Virus record (IMG/VR): IMGVR_UViG_3300045974_000383
Span: 1 to 37,490 of that record
DNA from: a virus
Lineage: Duplodnaviria; Caudoviricetes
Length of the DNA: 37,490 nucleotides
Reading direction: 5' to 3' (one strand)
The position numbers and the translations under genes are program-made. The notes under the pieces were generated by a model. That model ran no database searches. It saw nothing but the letters and a program-made list of their open reading frames with translations, and was not told the DNA's origin. Below, piece after piece: positions 16,663-25,610 of the stretch. Positions within the stretch are counted from its first letter, which is position 1. Every line of letters starts with the position of its first letter.

Positions 16663-16822
16663 CGGTTTCCTTAGAGGCTTCTGGGGTTGGTGTAGCGGGT
16701 GGCTGAGACAGCCCTACCTGTCTCAGATTACGAAACCACCCAGGTTGACGAGCGTGAGCACGGATTAATCCTTTGCTCATCTTTGCCTTCGTCTTAGGTT
16801 TGTGCTTAGTTCCTTTGCGCAT
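16622..16822 (-). CDS. Small basic protein with NUMOD3-like DNA-binding motif
   Basis: GTKHKPKTKAKMS resembles the NUMOD3 consensus GkkHseEtKaKmS. Confidence 0.5.
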   Translation of the reverse strand: MRKGTKHKPKTKAKMSKGLIRAHARQPGWFRNLRQVGLSQPPATPTPEASKETDEKANKILDQDPS

Positions 16823-17024
16823 AATTTATATAGTAGATCATATGTCTAATAGTACAGATAAACCCCAGGTCTCTTCTGTGGCTGAGGCCCGAAGGGCCGA
16901 AGACACACTCGCCCGACTCGGGCGTATATATATATATCTTTTTTTCTTCTCTCTTCTCTTTAGAGTCAGATTAGGTATAAAGTCATGAGCACTTTTGGAT
17001 GAAAGTATTTTGTTTATTTTAAAA

Positions 17025-17053
17025 TTTACAAAAAAAGTTAATGACACTATAAT
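17025..17053 (+). promoter_or_regulatory. Sigma70-type promoter, probably producing a leaderless mRNA
   Basis: TTTACA-17-TATAAT, then 6 nt, then the HNH ATG; no SD. Confidence 0.75.
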
Positions 17054-17059
17054 TAACAC

Positions 17060-17614
17060 ATGGCGCACAATAAATCTACTTTACGAGAATCAGCATACAC
17101 CAACTCATCTGGCACGTTTGTTGATCTCAAGCATTACACGATTCGCATTGACAAAGAAATCCTCGATGACCCTAACATCGGAGACAGAATTTGGACATCG
17201 TCAATGAATAATGGCAGAAAAAGTTATATACACAGTAAAATTGAAACAGGCGCAACTGCATCTGGTAAAACAACGATTTACCTTCATCGACTTATTCTAC
17301 GCACACCAAAGAACAAATACGCTGATCACATCAATGGTGACGTAACAGACAACAGGTTTTGCAATCTACGTAATGCAACGCCAAGACAAAATAACCAGAA
17401 TAGAGGAATCTGCAGCAGAAACAAAACTGGTATCATTGGTGTCAAACGCTTTGTTAGAAAAAGTGGTAAGGTTAACTACAGAGCACAAATTTCTGATAGG
17501 CGTAGGCATAACATCTACAAGTTTTTTGACACACTTGAAGAAGCAAAAGCATGGAGATTCATGATGGAGAACCTCTTGTACAAAGAATTCGCACCAACCA
17601 GGAGACCTAAATGA
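17060..17614 (+). CDS. HNH homing endonuclease with AP2-like C-terminal domain
   Basis: YLHRLI...DHINGDVTDNRFCNLR...QNNQN...TGIIGV...YRAQI...FDTLEEA. Confidence 0.9.
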   Translation: MAHNKSTLRESAYTNSSGTFVDLKHYTIRIDKEILDDPNIGDRIWTSSMNNGRKSYIHSKIETGATASGKTTIYLHRLILRTPKNKYADHINGDVTDNRFCNLRNATPRQNNQNRGICSRNKTGIIGVKRFVRKSGKVNYRAQISDRRRHNIYKFFDTLEEAKAWRFMMENLLYKEFAPTRRPK

Positions 17615-18558
17615 GCAAGTTATCAGGATACATGTATGTAAACTATGGTGACGCACATGGTTTACCATACGTCGAAGCAGCAAAGAGCTTGCTTGGTTTT
17701 TGCGATGAAGTCGTTGTTGTTTGTGGCCAGCACCAAGAATCAAATACTCTGAAAAAGATTGATGATATCAAACTCAAAGTCTACAAGTTTGATATCAATA
17801 TGGATGATCCTCTTCGTGATGGCAAGACAAAGCAACTTGCTCGTGAACTCTGCACTGGAGATATCGTATTCCAGTTGGATGCAGATGAATGTGTTCATGA
17901 AGATAGTTACAAGTTGATCAGAGAGCACGCAGATAAGTGGGCTCCTCAATGGACATGTCTTTGCTACCCATCGGTTGATCTATACGGTGATGCAGAGACA
18001 GCAGTAGGACTATCACACTTCTGGAAGTGGCGTCTATCTCTGAACAAGAGCTACTACGGTCATGGTGTCCTGAAAGCCAGCCAAGCAAAGAACAGCAAGG
18101 GCCAGGATTGCTCACTCTTTGACGACGGTTGTGTTATGATAGACCTACGGACACACGAGGCAATGCCCTATCAAAACTACTACAACGCAGAACTGGACAT
18201 GTACAGAACTGCAGACCACGTGTCATATGCCAAGATCCACAATGATGTTATCTGGCGTCAACTCCCAGTAATCTGGCACTATGGCGCAGCTGATATCTTT
18301 AGAAAGCTAAAGATGAACCGTGATTCATGGGCTGCAGGATGGAGACAGCTCCGTCCAGATGGCAATGCTCATGAGGTCATGACATATGGATTTGATCCTA
18401 CCGGCATGAGTGATGAGCAGCTTGAAGCTCAAGTAGCAGGATTGAAGCAGGAAGGGTTGCCACAGCCAGGATGGTGGACCTTCAAGGTCGAACAGAAAAA
18501 CCCTGCACTAATGCGTGGGTGGCTTGAGACTCATGGTCTCTGGAAAGAGGGAATATGA
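17611..18558 (+). CDS. Glycosyltransferase, GT-A fold/family 2-like
   Basis: PYVEAAKSLLGFCDEVVVV, ARELCTGDIVFQLDADE (DxD), IWHYG. Confidence 0.85.
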   Translation: MSKLSGYMYVNYGDAHGLPYVEAAKSLLGFCDEVVVVCGQHQESNTLKKIDDIKLKVYKFDINMDDPLRDGKTKQLARELCTGDIVFQLDADECVHEDSYKLIREHADKWAPQWTCLCYPSVDLYGDAETAVGLSHFWKWRLSLNKSYYGHGVLKASQAKNSKGQDCSLFDDGCVMIDLRTHEAMPYQNYYNAELDMYRTADHVSYAKIHNDVIWRQLPVIWHYGAADIFRKLKMNRDSWAAGWRQLRPDGNAHEVMTYGFDPTGMSDEQLEAQVAGLKQEGLPQPGWWTFKVEQKNPALMRGWLETHGLWKEGI

Positions 18559-18644
18559 TTGCACAACTAGCAATAGCATTCTTCGCTACATCAGCTGGAC
18601 TTTTGATGATATCAATTGCAATTTCAATTTGGAGGGACAGATAA
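18555..18644 (+). CDS. 29-aa membrane peptide
   Basis: MIAQLAIAFFATSAGLLMISIAISIWRDR*; ATGA overlap with the GT stop; GAGG RBS. Confidence 0.6.
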   Translation: MIAQLAIAFFATSAGLLMISIAISIWRDR

Positions 18645-18737
18645 GTGGATAACGAACTTTTGGCTTTCGCAGGAATTTGTGTTGTATTTATTATCTTTGT
18701 CGTAATGTTTGTCTTTAAAAACAAAGTGAGGAAGTAA
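18645..18737 (+). CDS. 30-aa membrane peptide
   Basis: GTG start with GGAGG RBS; MDNELLAFAGICVVFIIFVVMFVFKNKVRK*. Confidence 0.6.
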   Translation: MDNELLAFAGICVVFIIFVVMFVFKNKVRK

Positions 18738-18738
18738 C

Positions 18739-18978
18739 ATGGCTGAGATTGAATGGGAAGATGGCGACGTAGAAATGAGGCCTGTAGAAAGCTCAAACGT
18801 CTCTGCCATTGGTTATGACAAAGACGTAAAGGATCTTCACGTTGTATTCTACAACGGAGCAAAATACATCTACTCAGATGTTGAACCAAACATCTGGAAG
18901 AACTTCAAGCGTGCATCATCCAAGGGAAAGTTCATGTGGAAGAACATTCGTGGTGTCTACGCATTCAGGAAGGGATAA
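18739..18978 (+). CDS. KTSC domain protein
   Basis: PVESSNVSAIGYD...LHVVFYNGAKYIYSDV...FKRASSKGKF. Confidence 0.9.
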   Translation: MAEIEWEDGDVEMRPVESSNVSAIGYDKDVKDLHVVFYNGAKYIYSDVEPNIWKNFKRASSKGKFMWKNIRGVYAFRKG

Positions 18979-18979
18979 T

Positions 18980-19045
18980 ATGCTCGGATGGTTCGTTGCT
19001 GGATTCTGCATTTGCATGATCTGGAAGATGATCGATCACAAGTGA
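18980..19045 (+). CDS. 21-aa membrane peptide
   Basis: MLGWFVAGFCICMIWKMIDHK*, 1 nt after the KTSC stop. Confidence 0.5.
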   Translation: MLGWFVAGFCICMIWKMIDHK

Positions 19046-19434
19046 GTTCTACTATCCACTGTTTTTGGCCCTTCCATGGAATGCATCTCTTCCCACTTTG
19101 CTTTGAGGGCAAGTAGATCTTTCTGCACGCCGGGAAGAGCCAGAAATATTCTTTTATTCTTGTAGACGTCAGTGTATACTCTTGTTCTTGGGTCTTCAGA
19201 TTTGCACAAGTCAGAGCAGTAGATCATTCTAGGTCTAGCAATACCAACACCACAAATAATACATTTACCATTTGGTTTGCTTAATGGTCGTGCATGTTTC
19301 TTAAGTTCAATACGTGTATGCTTGTATTTACATTCATCAGAGCAATATTTGCGTGTAGGTGAAGATCTATCAGGCAATTTGCCATGACATTGTTCGCATG
19401 TTTTGCTTGTCGGTTTGAACTTATATGTCTTCAT
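19036..19434 (-). CDS. Cys-rich zinc-binding protein
   Basis: Two CxxC...YCSDxCK repeats. Confidence 0.7.
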   Translation of the reverse strand: MKTYKFKPTSKTCEQCHGKLPDRSSPTRKYCSDECKYKHTRIELKKHARPLSKPNGKCIICGVGIARPRMIYCSDLCKSEDPRTRVYTDVYKNKRIFLALPGVQKDLLALKAKWEEMHSMEGPKTVDSRTHL

Positions 19435-19703
19435 TTTCTTATATGTCTTTTCTCGTATAGAGATTCTTCTACTCTTTCGTGATCATGTATAGCTACCTGT
19501 ACAATCCTTGTCATCTCTTCTTTTTGCGTAGCAGACTGTATGCTCAACTCTTCTTTGATAAGGTTGCGCATCATAACGCCACCACCATTAGAGAAATAGA
19601 GTTTCAGTCCCCACGGAAATCCGTATCGAGCCATCCAAGCGAAGCCAACCATAAAAGGCCAGTGTTCTATCAACTGCGCAATAACTTTTGACTCGATATC
19701 CAC
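19431..19703 (-). CDS. Single-TM protein (possible holin-like)
   Basis: N-terminal hydrophobic segment and charged C-terminus; function is a guess. Confidence 0.45.
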   Translation of the reverse strand: MDIESKVIAQLIEHWPFMVGFAWMARYGFPWGLKLYFSNGGGVMMRNLIKEELSIQSATQKEEMTRIVQVAIHDHERVEESLYEKRHIRK

Positions 19704-19704
19704 A

Positions 19705-19977
19705 TTATTCCTTGCCCAATAGTTCTGCAGCCTTGGCGCGCAACTCCTCAGTTGTCATAGTCGACAGTTTCTTTTGCTTGTTCTGATCTACTGCTGATTC
19801 TGCTTTGACTGCTCTGTTGAGAAGGTCGCCATATCTACACAAAGTCCAGGCAACATCTGCATCTAGCAGTTCTCCTGCATCGTCCGCCTGAGCAGACCTG
19901 GTTCTAATACGAGATACGTCCTCGTCAATCAAAGCCAGCACTCTTTGAAGCATATCTTCTGGATCTCTCTTAGCCAT
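19705..19977 (-). CDS. Hypothetical protein; candidate terminase small subunit
   Basis: Helical 90 aa ending LSTMTTEELRAKAAELL, similar to TerS-type C-termini. Confidence 0.4.
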   Translation of the reverse strand: MAKRDPEDMLQRVLALIDEDVSRIRTRSAQADDAGELLDADVAWTLCRYGDLLNRAVKAESAVDQNKQKKLSTMTTEELRAKAAELLGKE

Positions 19978-20248
19978 GTTCCCTCTTTTTCAAGCCCTTA
20001 TAAACGTGAACACCACTCAATGCTACATCTCTTACAAGCTTTGGTCTAAGACACTTCCATACGATGGTTGATATCTGTGTAGACCATCCCATCCCAAGCT
20101 CTGCTGCTACAGTCTCCTGGAGTTCCTTCCTGCGCACATAGTTAGTCGTGTTAGGAACAAGTTCATAGTGCTTCATAATAGCTGCGAACACAGCAACCTC
20201 AAGAACTCGTCTCTTATCCATCTCCTTAACCAGGTCTTCTACTATCAT
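19970..20248 (-). CDS. Hypothetical protein, possible winged-helix DNA-binding domain
   Basis: YVRRKEL...helices...GVHVYKGLK pattern. Confidence 0.45.
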   Translation of the reverse strand: MIVEDLVKEMDKRRVLEVAVFAAIMKHYELVPNTTNYVRRKELQETVAAELGMGWSTQISTIVWKCLRPKLVRDVALSGVHVYKGLKKREHG

Positions 20249-20267
20249 TCAGAAATCACTCCCTTCC

Positions 20268-20996
20268 TTACGGCCTAAAGTGGAAACGCATTCTCCACAG
20301 CACAGTTCTTCCTGGCTGTGGTGCCGATGCTCCCATGGATGCTGCAATTGCCACTGCTGAGACTGGAGCAAGACCAACTGTTGCGTCCGGGCTGAACACA
20401 GACATTGATCCTGCTTCACACACTGCAGTTACTGGACTTAGGTTAACTAGTGCTTCACCTTTTGCTCCAGCCAATGCAGCAGATGAATACGCCTGGACAG
20501 GTGTAAGAGCGACAGCTGCATCCACCTTAGCTGTGAGTCCGCCAGCAACGCATGCAGCTGTGACAACAGGAAGACCAACACTTGCTCCGCCCGTTGCAGA
20601 AATATTATCAACGACACATGCAGCTGTGACAGCAGGAAGACCAATTGTAGCAGAGCCACCACCTGCAGAAGATGCTGCCAGGTTGCCAACCGCAGCCACC
20701 GCTGAAGTAGCAGGCAGCCCCACAGACGCACCCGCCACAGCTGCCAAGGAACCAACAACCCCTACTGCAGCCGTTGCATTCAGCGTGGCTGCAGCTCCTC
20801 CATTGGCAGTAAGAGCACCGACCACAGCGACAGCTGTAACAGCAGGAAGTCCAATAGTTGCTGGATTGGCAGCTGCAGCTGCCAATGTTCCAACAACACA
20901 GGCAGCAGTTACTGGTTGCAGGCTGACAGATACTCCGCCACCTCCACCAGCTTGCTGGAATGCGTTTACTTGGAAGCCTGTTGGTTGAAAGGCCAC
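20268..20996 (-). CDS. Ala/Val-rich repeat virion fibre protein
   Basis: About nine ~21-aa repeats (xGLPAVTAxxVVGxLxA); GGAGG RBS with GTG start. Confidence 0.7.
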   Translation of the reverse strand: MAFQPTGFQVNAFQQAGGGGGVSVSLQPVTAACVVGTLAAAAANPATIGLPAVTAVAVVGALTANGGAAATLNATAAVGVVGSLAAVAGASVGLPATSAVAAVGNLAASSAGGGSATIGLPAVTAACVVDNISATGGASVGLPVVTAACVAGGLTAKVDAAVALTPVQAYSSAALAGAKGEALVNLSPVTAVCEAGSMSVFSPDATVGLAPVSAVAIAASMGASAPQPGRTVLWRMRFHFRP

Positions 20997-21009
20997 TGTT
21001 CAGGCCTCC

Positions 21010-22098
21010 TTAGTAGTCAGTCTCAGCGTATGCAGTTATTACGCCCAATCTAACAGACGCAGATGTAGCAGTACCCATGTGCAAAGCCCAGTTATACATG
21101 ACGTTGTTTGCTGGGAAGTTTGGCATTGTTGAAGAGAACTCAACCTCGGACATGTTCTCTGTGCCAGAAGGGTTAAGCTTCTGACATGACATGTAAACGC
21201 TGTTGCCAGAAGGAGGGCAATAGATACGCATGTCCATGACGTCAGAGACAAGCATTGGTATCTTTGTATCTACAAGCGTGCCTGCTGCTGTGCCTGACTG
21301 CATGTAGAACGTGTAGTTCGTGTTTGCAGCAGCTGTGCTGCCAGCGCTTACGCATATACCAAACGAGTTGACGACGCCTGTAGGTTCAACAGCACCAGTT
21401 AAAAACGTGCTTGTGCACAAACAGAAGTTGAGTCTAGTGTTTCTGCCGGTGACGAAGGTAGCAGTCTGAGCAACTATGAAACGAGTTGTTACGTAAAACC
21501 CACCAACTCCAACTGTGTTGCCTCTCCAGAATTCTGGGCCTTGACCTCTAACACCAACTCCCTGACCAATCGTTGCAGCAGAACCAAGATCAACGCGACG
21601 AAGGCTGCTTGAGAAGTTTGTTACAGCAGGAGCAACTGCAGCAAGAGCGCCAGACAATACTGGAGTTACGCCACCAACAACAGTGAATGTTGCAGCGTTA
21701 GTGTTAGCATTAGCGACGTATATACGGTCCTGTATTAGGCTGTCTTGAACAGGGTGTTCTGCACCAACACCACCCTGATACTTCATCAAAGTTCTACCCG
21801 CTTTCTTTACAAAGAACATTTGACCAAGTGGGTTTTCCTGAGGTGGGTTGTTGACACCTGACACCACTGCTGACAGACCAATGTAAGAACCTGTAACCCA
21901 GCTCTCAATACCACCTCTGGGTTCGTCGTAATAGAATGTGGCTGTAGCCTTTAGTACGTTTCCTGATACGTACATAATGCTGCCGGACACGATGTCAGTT
22001 CCAGAGAACTGGTGTTCAGCATTCCAGTTGCTGGGTCTAACAAGTGTAGCGTCTCCACCGTCAGCGATGGAGGAGCTGAATGAGTGGATTACTGACAT
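21010..22098 (-). CDS. Putative fibre/receptor-binding structural protein
   Basis: N-terminal DGGDATLVRPSNWNAEH anchor-type motif; beta-rich C-terminal domain. Confidence 0.6.
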   Translation of the reverse strand: MSVIHSFSSSIADGGDATLVRPSNWNAEHQFSGTDIVSGSIMYVSGNVLKATATFYYDEPRGGIESWVTGSYIGLSAVVSGVNNPPQENPLGQMFFVKKAGRTLMKYQGGVGAEHPVQDSLIQDRIYVANANTNAATFTVVGGVTPVLSGALAAVAPAVTNFSSSLRRVDLGSAATIGQGVGVRGQGPEFWRGNTVGVGGFYVTTRFIVAQTATFVTGRNTRLNFCLCTSTFLTGAVEPTGVVNSFGICVSAGSTAAANTNYTFYMQSGTAAGTLVDTKIPMLVSDVMDMRIYCPPSGNSVYMSCQKLNPSGTENMSEVEFSSTMPNFPANNVMYNWALHMGTATSASVRLGVITAYAETDY

Positions 22099-22099
22099 A

Positions 22100-22510
22100 T
22101 TACGTGATCCTTACGATACCAACGCCAGCTGCTGGGACAGTGACAGTGAACGTTCCACCTGTAGCAGTGGTGTCTGCACCAAAGTCATGCGTAGAAATTG
22201 CAGGGTTACCAGCAATCGTTGAGTAGATCACACCGCCACGAGCAGTAAAGCTTGCGGTGATCCACGAAGCATCACCCCAGTCGATAGAGCCAGTGTTGCC
22301 GGTCGTAGCGTAGGTGATGCCAGTCAGCGTGTAACCACCAGCAATGTATCCTGTTCCTGATACCTCGTTCGTAGTTGTATACGCTGTTGTTGTCTGGTCA
22401 AGAGTTGCAGCGCTGTAGTATAGCGCTAGCTTGTATGTACCAGCAGCAGTGAATGCTCCTGACAGGAACCCTTGCTTAGCAGATGTGCAAAAAGCCGTGG
22501 TTATGGCCAT
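22100..22510 (-). CDS. Phage structural protein
   Basis: MAITTAFCTSAKQGFL...YKLALY...TTAYTTTNEVSGTGYIAGG...DFG, a common virion protein pattern. Confidence 0.7.
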   Translation of the reverse strand: MAITTAFCTSAKQGFLSGAFTAAGTYKLALYYSAATLDQTTTAYTTTNEVSGTGYIAGGYTLTGITYATTGNTGSIDWGDASWITASFTARGGVIYSTIAGNPAISTHDFGADTTATGGTFTVTVPAAGVGIVRIT

Positions 22511-22512
22511 GT

Positions 22513-22908
22513 TTATATCTCCTTATTACTTTTTAGATAAGAAATAGCATTATCTAATTTTTCAATACTGTCATCAAAATGCCCAATTCCCCAATTACAT
22601 TTATTGCATAACAAGCCTCTAGCTTTTTTTGTAATATGATCATGGTCTATAGAAAATCTTGATTTTCTTCCACCGGGCTCTGATGATCCACAAATTGCAC
22701 ACTTTCCAAATTGCTTGTCAAGCTGCTCTTTATACCAACCCAAATCGACATCATATCTTTTTTCGAAGAAATAGTCATCGTAGTATTGCTTCCTACACTC
22801 TTTCTTCGTACATTTTTTCTGCTGAGTACCAGTTGGTGAAAATTTTGTTTTGCAAATTATGCAAACTCTATCTTCACCATGCCACTTGTAACCTTTATTC
22901 CATCCCAT
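22513..22908 (-). CDS. Endonuclease VII-family (probable homing) endonuclease
   Basis: QFGKCAICG...IDHDHITKKARGLLCNKCNWGIGHFDDS...AISYL; visibly AT-rich compared with its flanks. Confidence 0.92.
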   Translation of the reverse strand: MGWNKGYKWHGEDRVCIICKTKFSPTGTQQKKCTKKECRKQYYDDYFFEKRYDVDLGWYKEQLDKQFGKCAICGSSEPGGRKSRFSIDHDHITKKARGLLCNKCNWGIGHFDDSIEKLDNAISYLKSNKEI

Positions 22909-22956
22909 AGTTGAATAACTAGTTTGCTATTCAGCTAATAGCCATTATTATTCTCC

Positions 22957-23397
22957 TTAGATTTTTATCTCAGTAGATGCTACTGAGCTTGTTGTCACGC
23001 CAGAAGCCATAACAAATACAGGCCCAGTGTAACCACGTGGAACTTCATACATGCTGGTGATATCAAGATAAAAAGTGTAACTTGCTGATGTTGGTGCAGA
23101 GCCTAGTTTTACGAATACAGGATTTGTAGCATGTGTATTGACAAGTGATGCGTAAAGTCTATTGACGTCAGCAGCAAGAATTTGAGTAGATGATGAAACA
23201 TTCATGTCTACTACAGCAGCTGTAGACATCAAAGTGTGAAAGACAGGAACTGGTTGGAAGAACTCTCCCTCAATCGTGCCAGTTAGAGGGAATGAACCAG
23301 ATGTTCCAACACCAATAGGGCGTGTAACAAGACCCCACTCAGTACCAGAGACTTGGTTTGTTACAGCTGGATATGATTGAAAGCCATCTAATGCCAT
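22957..23397 (-). CDS. Putative structural protein
   Basis: 146 aa, beta-rich, coupled to the upstream gene. Confidence 0.6.
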   Translation of the reverse strand: MALDGFQSYPAVTNQVSGTEWGLVTRPIGVGTSGSFPLTGTIEGEFFQPVPVFHTLMSTAAVVDMNVSSSTQILAADVNRLYASLVNTHATNPVFVKLGSAPTSASYTFYLDITSMYEVPRGYTGPVFVMASGVTTSSVASTEIKI

Positions 23398-25601
23398 TAC
23401 TTCTTCTCCTTATCCTTAGCTGCGTATCCTGTTGCAAGACCAAATGGAAGCAATGACTTCATGATATCTGGTGTCTTTGTGCTAAATGTTCCTTTGTTGA
23501 AGATTGACTTGATCTGGTTAGGACTTACTGCGATCCAGCTTACACTGCCTGGATCTTCACTATGATTTCTATACTTGAACCCATCTATGCCATGACTATC
23601 AAGAACTTCTGTTAGAGCTTTATCTCTACGCTTATGATCTATTATTGAACCAAGTACGTCGTACTCGTCCTCGCTAAGTATGCCTTTTTCTTTTAGAGCC
23701 TTAGCAATAGCACCAGAATCAAATCGCCCTAGGTCATGTATTTCTACTGGATTCTTGATGTTAAGCACAACTGGATATGTTTTACCACCGCCTCTTGCTG
23801 GTCCTGATTCTGGACTTGCTCCAACTCTATCTCTTGCTGCTGCGTTTGTACCGAAGTGACTTCCAAACTCTACGCTATTACCTTGTGAACTATCAAACAC
23901 AGTAAAGTCTTGTCTTGCGTCTGTTCCATGCATAACAACAAGTGGTTCACCATTAGCATCAACAACCTTGCTTCCTTTAAAGAAGCTCTTGAACTCTGGA
24001 GACTCTGCAACTTTCTTAGGAAGAGCTGGAGGTGTGTTGATAAGCTTTTCTACATGCGGTTCTATTGCATTGACGATCTCTCTTGCTACACGAACATGTG
24101 GCTGTTGGTCCATTATCTTGTTGATCGTTTCATTTGTCGCTTTATCTACGTATGTTCCGTCCTTTATCTGCTTGTCGACTACCTTCCACTCTTCGTCATG
24201 CAAAATCTTCTTAGCATCGTCGTGGACCTTTACAAGATCTTCCTTACCAACAGCGATGGCCGGCTGTTTACCGGCCTCACCTTTTGGGTTTTTTGCTCTC
24301 TCCTTACGAAGTTCAAGAGCACGCTGAACCTTCTCAGCTGGTGTCTCTGCTCTGTGTGAGAATGGACTTCCTTCCTCAACAGGACCGTACTTACTGATCA
24401 TTGCTTCGAACTCAGCCTTTGTTGGCTGGTGGCGTAGCTTGCTCTGCTGGTCAACGCCAGGAGTAAAGCTATCAGAGAACTCCTTTGGATCAACTCCATT
24501 CATCTGAGCAAACTCTTCTGGAGAGATCTTCTCTGGCTGTGGCAGGCCTTCAGGTGTAGCAGACTTTTCTGGAGTAGTGTATTGCGTGAATGATTCACGA
24601 ATGCCAGATGGAGTCTTGCTTGGTGGGTTCTTCTTGAGCCATTCATCGAAGTGTGCATTGGCAAGAGAGTACTGATCGTGCACACCTTCTGTTACATGCC
24701 CAGCATCGTCAACCAAACTATACTCAGTAGGACCAGGAGTACGGTGTGGAACACCTTCCATTGTCTGGTTAGACGGATACTCTGGAAAATCTGGTGGTTT
24801 TGGTGGCTCTCCTCCACCTCCCTTACCTCCGCCTGTCTTTGGCGCAGCTTCAGCTGGTGTGCTCTTGATTCCACCCTCTATAACAGCTCCAGCATTGCCT
24901 TCTTCCTTGTTCTTCTTGATCGACTCAAGCAGCTTCTCAAGCGTCTCTCTCAACTGTGCTTCTGTCTGCGTGGGCGGACGAGCAGCAGTGCGTGGCATTG
25001 GCTGGTTAGCAGGTGCGTGTTCAACAGCAGACGGAGGAATCATGATTACGCCATCTGGAGTGATTGTGCTTCCTGGGTGCTCAGATAGAATCTTCTGCGA
25101 CACAGGGTGAATGCCCTTGCCACCCTTCACGGGACCAGAACCAGCAAAGATCATTGCCTGCTCTGCTCCTTGCTCTAGTGCAAGCGGGTCATGAAGACTA
25201 CGCTTTGCAGTATCAAGAGCAGTCTCACCAGGCCATCTTACATCGTCAACAACACTGTGTCCGCGCTCTGCTTCAGACGCAGCAGCTGTATCATATTTGT
25301 CAGACTCTTCCTTCCAAGTTCCACCACCTGGAAGCAATGAGCGTATTCCGCTTATTGCAGCAGAGCCCAAGCTCTTGCCTTTAGGTGAAACAAAGCTAGC
25401 TGCTGCCTGAGCAACAGGAAGAAGTTGGTCTTCTACTTGTCCTGGCTTTGGTCCAACGCCGAGGTATGGATCAACTTGCTCCTCAACCTTACCACCCTCA
25501 GCGTACGTGGTTGCTCTACGAGCAGCACGCTCTGATCCGAGTGCAAGGAACAAGTCATTGAACTTGTTTTTAGGAAGTCTTACTCTGCCACCTGTTGCCA
25601 T
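23397..25601 (-). CDS. Internal virion protein with C-terminal ART-PolyVal-like ADP-ribosyltransferase domain
   Basis: FKSFFKGSKVVDANGEPLVVMHGT...GSHFG...YPVVLNIKNP...GIDG...PNQIKSIFNKGTFS is the hallmark of this family. Confidence 0.8.
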   Translation of the reverse strand: MATGGRVRLPKNKFNDLFLALGSERAARRATTYAEGGKVEEQVDPYLGVGPKPGQVEDQLLPVAQAAASFVSPKGKSLGSAAISGIRSLLPGGGTWKEESDKYDTAAASEAERGHSVVDDVRWPGETALDTAKRSLHDPLALEQGAEQAMIFAGSGPVKGGKGIHPVSQKILSEHPGSTITPDGVIMIPPSAVEHAPANQPMPRTAARPPTQTEAQLRETLEKLLESIKKNKEEGNAGAVIEGGIKSTPAEAAPKTGGGKGGGGEPPKPPDFPEYPSNQTMEGVPHRTPGPTEYSLVDDAGHVTEGVHDQYSLANAHFDEWLKKNPPSKTPSGIRESFTQYTTPEKSATPEGLPQPEKISPEEFAQMNGVDPKEFSDSFTPGVDQQSKLRHQPTKAEFEAMISKYGPVEEGSPFSHRAETPAEKVQRALELRKERAKNPKGEAGKQPAIAVGKEDLVKVHDDAKKILHDEEWKVVDKQIKDGTYVDKATNETINKIMDQQPHVRVAREIVNAIEPHVEKLINTPPALPKKVAESPEFKSFFKGSKVVDANGEPLVVMHGTDARQDFTVFDSSQGNSVEFGSHFGTNAAARDRVGASPESGPARGGGKTYPVVLNIKNPVEIHDLGRFDSGAIAKALKEKGILSEDEYDVLGSIIDHKRRDKALTEVLDSHGIDGFKYRNHSEDPGSVSWIAVSPNQIKSIFNKGTFSTKTPDIMKSLLPFGLATGYAAKDKEKK

Positions 25602-25610
25602 GTTATCTCC

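Noticed and set aside
16838-17207. Short ORFs 16773-16988, 16838-17068 and 16995-17207
   Set aside because: They cross low-complexity or promoter DNA or overlap the HNH gene, and have no RBS.
20335-20988. 217-aa plus-strand Ala/Thr-rich ORF
   Set aside because: Antisense shadow of the repeat gene; no RBS or operon context.
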